Of a DNA stretch of 64,000 bases, positions 58,152 to 64,000 are shown one piece after another. The stretch comes from a virus (taxonomy: Duplodnaviria > Caudoviricetes). The stretch is taken from positions 36 to 64,035 of the IMG/VR virus record IMGVR_UViG_3300050821_003742; one strand, given 5' to 3'. Position numbers and translations under genes: made by a program. The notes under the pieces are model-generated. The model saw only the letters and a program-made list of their open reading frames with translations, searched no databases and had not been told where the DNA came from. How positions within the stretch are numbered: the first letter of the stretch is position 1; each line of letters starts with the position of its first letter.

Positions 58152-58601
58152 ATGGCGGCAGGCGCCCAAACTCAGGATAGTACTACCAGACCATCAAGGC
58201 TAGACGGTCCTCCGCCATTGCCGCCTTCGTTGAGCGATAAGAAGGCACCGGATCTGGCGAAACTGGCAGGTACACCATCTGGTACCCCGCCAACAGGGCA
58301 GTTGATGCAGGTGGTACTGGAACACGCGCAGTTAGCGGAACAGATACTAACCTCGTTAGGGCACATGTTGCCATCTTTTGTTCCAGTAGCGGCTCAGATC
58401 ATAGCAAGCATGAGACTTGGGGTAATCTCTTCCCTGAAGAACTCTCAGGGCAATCCCCAGCAATCTTTGGCTCAGGGTGCGGGTCCATCGCAGCCAGCTC
58501 CGCCGCCAGACCAGGGTCAACAGGCCCAGGCTCCGGCGCCGGCAGGGGTGCAACCGCCTCCGGGTCAACCCGCAATTCCAGGTGCTGGCGCTGGCCAATA
58601 G
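58152..58601 (+). CDS. P/Q-rich hypothetical head-assembly protein
   Basis: Directly before the scaffold gene. Confidence 0.5.
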   Translation: MAAGAQTQDSTTRPSRLDGPPPLPPSLSDKKAPDLAKLAGTPSGTPPTGQLMQVVLEHAQLAEQILTSLGHMLPSFVPVAAQIIASMRLGVISSLKNSQGNPQQSLAQGAGPSQPAPPPDQGQQAQAPAPAGVQPPPGQPAIPGAGAGQ

Positions 58602-58643
58602 TACGATCAAATTGGTTAGCAGGTACTGGCGGAAAGGCAAGTA

Positions 58644-59384
58644 ATGTCAACGATTCAAGAATATCTCGATACGCTGGCTCAAACGGCTGGACTTGAAGAT
58701 GAAGTCAAGTCTGCGCTCAAGAAGGCGCTCGGGAACGAGAAGTTTGCAAAAGAGTTGGAAAGCGGCGTCAAGCGGCATTCGGATTACTCTAGGGCTATGG
58801 ATGAAGTTCGGGCTCAAACTACAAAGTTAGAGACCGAAAAGAAGTCCTATCTGGAGTGGTACGACAACGCTCTTAAAGTAGACGCCGCTAGAGAAGAGGA
58901 ATTGCAGCAGTACAGGGCGGGTAAGGGTGGTACAACCACCGTTACTCCCACAACTGTTGTTAATCCCGGCTTCTCTAAAAAGGAAATCGAAGACCGGGAA
59001 GGCAATCTTATTCAAATCGTAAAGCAGGGTATGCGACTCGCCTCGCGCCATGCGGCAAAGTTTGGTGAGGAACTTGATACGGATGCCCTAGAAAAGCTCG
59101 CCGTAGAAAAGGGTCTCAATCTCGAACGCGCCTACGATGAATACGTTCGCCCCCGAGTCGAAGAAGCCCGGCAAAAGGAATTTGACGAAAAGGTTAAGCT
59201 GGCCCGCGAAGAAGGCATCCGCGAAGGCTTATCCAAGCGTGATCTTCCTGGCGAGGGTGAAAAGGCTGCTTTCCATCCCATCTTCGGCTACTCAAAGGCA
59301 GTCGAAGCTACTAAGGGATTGACGGGGCAGCAACGAGTCTCAAGCTTCGAAGAAGCATGGAACTCGGCAACAGCAAAGAAGTAA
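58644..59384 (+). CDS. Capsid scaffolding protein
   Basis: Charged helical protein with RHSDYSRAM motif, directly upstream of the MCP. Confidence 0.75.
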   Translation: MSTIQEYLDTLAQTAGLEDEVKSALKKALGNEKFAKELESGVKRHSDYSRAMDEVRAQTTKLETEKKSYLEWYDNALKVDAAREEELQQYRAGKGGTTTVTPTTVVNPGFSKKEIEDREGNLIQIVKQGMRLASRHAAKFGEELDTDALEKLAVEKGLNLERAYDEYVRPRVEEARQKEFDEKVKLAREEGIREGLSKRDLPGEGEKAAFHPIFGYSKAVEATKGLTGQQRVSSFEEAWNSATAKK

Positions 59385-59435
59385 GTAATTTTGGCCGGAG
59401 CGCCAAGGATGCGCTAGTCGGCAACGAGTAGTCAA

Positions 59436-60509
59436 ATGGCAGATCTGGATCAACTTAACGTTGCGACAGAGCGCTACATCCAGGAAACTCCCGCTCTAGT
59501 CGATAACGTCTTTCAGGCTGATCCCTTGCTAGCCTATCTGAAACTCAACGTCCGCGACGATTTTGATGGCGGTACGCTGATTCAGGAAGGTTTCTTCTAC
59601 GATGGACTCATCGGCGGCCCGTACTCCAAGGGTCAAGAGTTCAACATCACAGAAAAGCAAGTGGAACAGGCAATTCAGCTCAACATGAAGTTCTTTGAAG
59701 TCAACGTCACAATGTCCTTGGAAGACATCAAGGTCCTTAACAAGGGTCCGCGTGCAGCTTTCAAGCTCATTGACAGCCGTATGACCAACGCGTACATGAC
59801 GATGGGCGCTCAAATGTCCATCCTCCAGTACCTGAACGGTCAGAACGCTGGCTACACGTCCAACTTCAACGGTTTTGCAGAAGCTCTCAACGACAACGGC
59901 ACGGCGAGTTTTGACGGCAACACCTACGCTACCTACGGTGGTATCACCCGTGGCGGCTCTGTGTCTCCGGCTCTTAACTCGATTCCGATCAACGTCGCCG
60001 GCGCTATTGAATACAATACGCTGGAAGAGACTTACGGAACCGCATCGTTTGGCAACATCGAAGCTAACCTGGGCGTAACCACAGTTCTTGGCTACTCCTA
60101 TGTTAAAGAGAAGTTCCAAACACAGCAACGTTTCAACGATACTCAGGACCCTGCAATCGGATTTAACGGACTGAAGTTCAACTCAGCCACGATTATCAAG
60201 TCGCGTTACGCTCCCGGTTCCGCAATCAGCGGCACTTCGGACAAGAACGCTGTGACTGCGCTTACCGTTATGTCTCAGGGTTCCGTCACTGCGTATCCGA
60301 CACTTACCGCCGAATCGTTCTGGTGGATCAATGCGCGGAAGCCGTTCTTGCGCTTCTATGTTAGCGACGATCCCCTGTTCGGGTTCGGGTTCACCGGTTT
60401 CAAGCCTGCCCAGGGCAACACGAAAGTCTCGGGTCAGGTTCTCGCCTCGTGCCAGATTACAGTTCCTGGCCCCAGGTACCACAAACAGCTTTACGGGATT
60501 ACAGGATAA
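59436..60509 (+). CDS. Major capsid protein
   Basis: 357 aa; LVDNVF...PLL, DGG..I, YGGITR, GFNGLKF motifs; synteny. Confidence 0.85.
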   Translation: MADLDQLNVATERYIQETPALVDNVFQADPLLAYLKLNVRDDFDGGTLIQEGFFYDGLIGGPYSKGQEFNITEKQVEQAIQLNMKFFEVNVTMSLEDIKVLNKGPRAAFKLIDSRMTNAYMTMGAQMSILQYLNGQNAGYTSNFNGFAEALNDNGTASFDGNTYATYGGITRGGSVSPALNSIPINVAGAIEYNTLEETYGTASFGNIEANLGVTTVLGYSYVKEKFQTQQRFNDTQDPAIGFNGLKFNSATIIKSRYAPGSAISGTSDKNAVTALTVMSQGSVTAYPTLTAESFWWINARKPFLRFYVSDDPLFGFGFTGFKPAQGNTKVSGQVLASCQITVPGPRYHKQLYGITG

Positions 60510-60524
60510 GGGGGTATATAGAAA

Positions 60525-61061
60525 ATGCCAGCAACAAACCAAGATTCAACAGTATATATCTCTACCGGTAACCCGGAAACATTCTTCAATATCACCTCGC
60601 TATACAAGCCCGGTGAATTGGGGAAGCGTTTCACCGCCCTAAATGGCAAGCGTTATCAAATCGTTCAGGTGGACTCTGCGGCTTCTACCATCACAGCTAC
60701 CGTGGCTAATGGCCTCGTGTACTGGACGGATCAGAAGAACTACAAAGTTACGCCTAACGAAACCGACTCGCTTAACCTCGGCCTTATCAACGGTGTCGCG
60801 GGACGTTGCCCCGGTATCACCTCGGCAGGCAACTACTTCGCCATGCAAATCGCAGGTTCTGCCGTACTGGTCTATGGTGGTACAACCACCGCAGGCGCAG
60901 TTGGCGGAGCAGTGATTGGCAAAGCGACCACTCTCAGCGATGCTAACGCTGTTACCTACAACACTGCTCCGACCAACAAAGTAGTTGGCTGGGTCACCGT
61001 TGCGGGTACCACAAACGCCATCACTTGCAACATGGTGCTGGATGACGAGGAGGTTGGCTAA
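60525..61061 (+). CDS. Putative capsid decoration/cement protein
   Basis: LG.RF...NGKRYQIVQ motif; follows the MCP. Confidence 0.6.
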   Translation: MPATNQDSTVYISTGNPETFFNITSLYKPGELGKRFTALNGKRYQIVQVDSAASTITATVANGLVYWTDQKNYKVTPNETDSLNLGLINGVAGRCPGITSAGNYFAMQIAGSAVLVYGGTTTAGAVGGAVIGKATTLSDANAVTYNTAPTNKVVGWVTVAGTTNAITCNMVLDDEEVG

Positions 61062-61294
61062 TGGCAGCTGCCACTATTACCAGTCAGCGAACCAACGTTG
61101 ATGGGGCACTTCGTGAGAAGTATTACGTTCTCACGGTTGCCGACACCAACACTCTCGTTACCGGTCTTCACATTATCAGGTCCGTTGGTTTCAACGACTC
61201 CCTGATTACTAAGGCTGCGGTATCTGGGGGTACGATTACGTTCTCGTGCTCCAGTACCTCCACCGGTGCATTGGTTCAAGTAACTGGTCTCTAA
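61061..61294 (+). CDS. Small structural protein
   Basis: TAATG coupling; beta-rich. Confidence 0.5.
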   Translation: MAAATITSQRTNVDGALREKYYVLTVADTNTLVTGLHIIRSVGFNDSLITKAAVSGGTITFSCSSTSTGALVQVTGL

Positions 61295-61314
61295 CTCTAG
61301 GGAGCGAGTGTGAT

Positions 61315-62559
61315 ATGCAGGAAACCTATCAGGAGTTGTGGCGTGCGCTGCAACTCCATAGTTCCATTCTGCCGACCACGCTCGCTCAGCAGTTTATTCG
61401 TTCACGCTTCCGCGATATCCGCCGCAAGCGTCTATGGTCTTGGCGCATAGCGCAATCACAATTCATTACTCCTGCCGTATACAGTACTGGTTTGGCCAGC
61501 ACCACACTAAACTCCCAGTTCGTTATAGGTGCCGGAACTCAATGGACCAGCGCATTAGTGGGGCAGCAATTCCGATTTGGTGGAGTAGCTCCCATCTACA
61601 CAATAGTAGAAGTAGACGCCCCCAACAGTCTTCAAATTGACCAGCCGTATGGTGGGGTTACTTCTCCCGATTTTACCGGTTATCAGATCTTTCCTGCTTA
61701 TGTGACTCCTCCGTCTGACTTTCAGGACTTCATATCTCTCAAGGATACGTTTAATAACTATCGTCTCTACCTGCACATGACGCAGGAGCAATTGGACACT
61801 TACGATGCACAAAGAGCTTGGGCTGGTAATCCTTATGGGGTTGCCGATTATCGCTATAGCACTTCTCCTACTGCTGGCAGTGTGGGTACTTGCACGCTTG
61901 CTGTTGGTACTCAGGGTGATTCTTTACCCTTTCTCTTCGGTACTTACACTGGTCGTACTAAGTCTATTTTCGTTGTTACGGTTACTACGGGTGGTCCTAC
62001 GGGTACGGCGGTATATAGTTGGTTTAAAGACAGTGCTCAGCCCAATGCTGGGATACTTACAGATAATTCAGCATTCCTACTTCAAGATGGTGTTAACATC
62101 CAATGGCCCTTGGGAACCAACTACACCCAAGGTGACGTGTTTGTAGTATCCTGTACACCAGGTTTCTCCACACAGGTTCCCATGTACGAACTGTGGCCTT
62201 ACTCCATGGCGCAGCGCGTATATCCTTTCATCTATGACAAAAGATTCCCTGACATTGACGATCCCAACGGAATGTTACCTCCTTTTATTGATGGTGATAT
62301 CCTTGTCAAAGGTGCTTTGGCAGATGTATGCCGTTGGAAGGGTACACAGACGGCGCCGAATCCGATGTATGGACTCGACACTGCGGTATCATTCGATAGA
62401 GAATTTGAACATAAGGTAGCGGAAATGGAACGGGAAGATGACGAAACCTATCTCGTGGATGTACGCTACCAAATCAATGCCTGGCAGGGCTTAGGTATGG
62501 CTCCATGGCCGTTCGCCATGGGTGCCGACTGGGCTCAAAGTCACGGTGTAAGCGCTTAA
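61315..62559 (+). CDS. Head-tail adaptor / tail ring-like protein with inserted domains (paralog 3)
   Basis: FIR..FRDI....WSW, PSDF, ELWPY, ILVKGALAD adaptor-like pattern with two insertions. Confidence 0.6.
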   Translation: MQETYQELWRALQLHSSILPTTLAQQFIRSRFRDIRRKRLWSWRIAQSQFITPAVYSTGLASTTLNSQFVIGAGTQWTSALVGQQFRFGGVAPIYTIVEVDAPNSLQIDQPYGGVTSPDFTGYQIFPAYVTPPSDFQDFISLKDTFNNYRLYLHMTQEQLDTYDAQRAWAGNPYGVADYRYSTSPTAGSVGTCTLAVGTQGDSLPFLFGTYTGRTKSIFVVTVTTGGPTGTAVYSWFKDSAQPNAGILTDNSAFLLQDGVNIQWPLGTNYTQGDVFVVSCTPGFSTQVPMYELWPYSMAQRVYPFIYDKRFPDIDDPNGMLPPFIDGDILVKGALADVCRWKGTQTAPNPMYGLDTAVSFDREFEHKVAEMEREDDETYLVDVRYQINAWQGLGMAPWPFAMGADWAQSHGVSA

Positions 62560-62568
62560 AGGAGAGTT

Positions 62569-62805
62569 ATGGCAGAGCATAAACCAGATAAGTCGTTGGT
62601 AGAAACCCCAGTTGAGTATATTTGTGGGGACCCCGGTGTCCGCGACGGTGCGGGTACAACGGATACCATCTATGGGCTTCAAGGACCAGAGGGAGTTAGC
62701 GCGAATGGCGGTATTAAGTTCAACCTAATTCGCACTGATCTTACTTCTAGTCCTTCTGATGAGCCTTCAGATGCCAAACAGTTCAAGGGTCAATCCAGCG
62801 ACTAA
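62569..62805 (+). CDS. Hypothetical protein
   Basis: RBS AAAGGAG. Confidence 0.5.
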   Translation: MAEHKPDKSLVETPVEYICGDPGVRDGAGTTDTIYGLQGPEGVSANGGIKFNLIRTDLTSSPSDEPSDAKQFKGQSSD

Positions 62806-62816
62806 GAGAGGCTCTA

Positions 62817-64000
62817 ATGTTTCGCAGGTTCCTCATAGCTCTGGTAGTAATGGGGGCACTATCGGCCTGTTCTTTAGCCAATGAGAAGCGCCAGGGTAAT
62901 TGTGTAACTGCGGCCGGAACGCAATCCCTTGGCTGCACAGTTACCGTGTTCCTTACGGGAACCACGCAGATTGCCCAGATATATCAGGATAATGCCAATA
63001 CACCCAAGAACAACCCATTTACCGCTGATGCCAATACCGGCGCATGGTTCTTCTATGCCGCCAATGGACGACTGGACGTGCGTTTCAGCGGCGGTAATCC
63101 CTCCATTACTCCGGCGTATACCTTATCTGATCTGTTATTTGAAGATCTTTTATCGCTTACTTCCGGAAGCCCAATACTTCCATCCCTGGGATCTACCAGT
63201 GCCAACATAGCGCAATCGGGATTCATTCAGATGGCTCCAGGAGATTGTTTGTCGTGGCGCAACAATGCCAATGCTGTAGACAACTGTCTGACCGAAAATT
63301 CAAATGACCTGTTGGCCTATTCTGGAGGAATAATTCCCACTACTGGAACAACGATATTAGCCTCCGGAAACTGTGTTCAGGCTGGTCCCAACAATACCCT
63401 TACCACTATTGTGGGCGCCTGCAGCCCTCCAGCCAGTGGGACGGTTACTGCCACCGGTTCTCCTTCTGTCCCATTTCCGGCAGTGTGGAGCGGAGGAACG
63501 TCTATATCTTCTCCGGGAACTAATAACATAGCCATACCGGTTGCCAACAACATCATTACCGTTGACGGAAGCCAGATTACTACTCTTGCCCAGGCGCTTT
63601 CCCTGTGCCCATCAACCGGATGCACCGTGGACATGCGCGGTAATGCTTCGGCCCTAAGCTTAGGAACCATAGATGTTGGCAATAATGGAAAAGCCCTTAC
63701 ATTGCTACTTGGACCATTTAGTTATACTGCCACGCAGATCGTTCTCCGCACAGGAACTAAGATATTTGGTATGGGCGCCACAACGGGTACGACGCTGGGA
63801 ACGAGCATAACTGCTACGAGTACTGTTAATCCCCTAATTATCTCCTGTACTTCCTGCTCAACCGATCAGCCTTCTGCCCACGTTGAATTAAAGGACATTA
63901 ACCTATTCGGGGCTTCTAACGGTTCCAATACCAGCGACGGTATTTTCTTCGACTCTTCGGTATCGACCAGTGGACTTGGCGGTGTTTGGTACTCACTTTT
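62817..64000 (+). CDS. Tailspike, N-terminal part (signal peptide plus particle-binding-like domain); continues in 1-1470
   Basis: Read by eye: MFRRFLIALVVMGALSACSLA.., CTVTVFLTGTT..A.IY.D....NPFTAD..G..FFYA.NGR.DV; in frame (250 codons) with the repeat copy. Confidence 0.75.
   Translation, partial: MFRRFLIALVVMGALSACSLANEKRQGNCVTAAGTQSLGCTVTVFLTGTTQIAQIYQDNANTPKNNPFTADANTGAWFFYAANGRLDVRFSGGNPSITPAYTLSDLLFEDLLSLTSGSPILPSLGSTSANIAQSGFIQMAPGDCLSWRNNANAVDNCLTENSNDLLAYSGGIIPTTGTTILASGNCVQAGPNNTLTTIVGACSPPASGTVTATGSPSVPFPAVWSGGTSISSPGTNNIAIPVANNIITVDGSQITTLAQALSLCPSTGCTVDMRGNASALSLGTIDVGNNGKALTLLLGPFSYTATQIVLRTGTKIFGMGATTGTTLGTSITATSTVNPLIISCTSCSTDQPSAHVELKDINLFGASNGSNTSDGIFFDSSVSTSGLGGVWYSL
63567..64000 (+). 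repeat. Terminal direct repeat, right copy
   Basis: Aligns without gaps to 1-434. Confidence 0.97.

Noticed and set aside
62817-62880. Tailspike as a definite lipoprotein (LSA|C)
   Set aside because: An SPase I site (SLA|N) is equally plausible; cannot be decided by eye.
1-64000. Stop-codon reassignment
   Set aside because: Coding density is high and core genes are intact under the standard code; TAA, TAG and TGA all end genes.

Overview
The window holds essentially one complete, circularly permuted tailed dsDNA phage genome. Positions 1-434 recur at 63567-64000, implying a unit length of about 63,566 bp. The layout is podovirus-like: portal, scaffold, major capsid, three adaptor/ring-like paralogs, a nozzle-like protein and ejection proteins. 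I found no tape measure, integrase or DNA polymerase. A rightward packaging/structural/lysis arm (41.6-64 kb, wrapping to 1-25.5 kb) converges on a leftward early/recombination arm (25.7-40.9 kb). Domain types such as choice-of-anchor-D-like Ig repeats, Fn3/chitobiase-like repeats, a GH-A barrel and a pilin-like helix suggest a diderm soil host such as Acidobacteriota (inference). Main points of interest: (1) five fibre/tailspike-type genes in the virion module begin with Sec-type signal peptides (four with an A|Q cleavage site) and are rich in paired cysteines, suggesting export and oxidative folding outside the cytoplasm; (2) the terminase large subunit is split into separate ATPase and nuclease genes by a glycosyltransferase-methyltransferase gene and a LAGLIDADG endonuclease; (3) a Tat-signal, pilin-like protein carries a 16-Cys tail and is flanked by long hairpins; (4) a candidate ~60-nt anti-Shine-Dalgarno sRNA matches hairpin-presented RBSs of early genes; (5) the two terminal-repeat copies differ by about 41 almost wholly synonymous changes. 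All family calls come from motif recognition by eye, not database searches.
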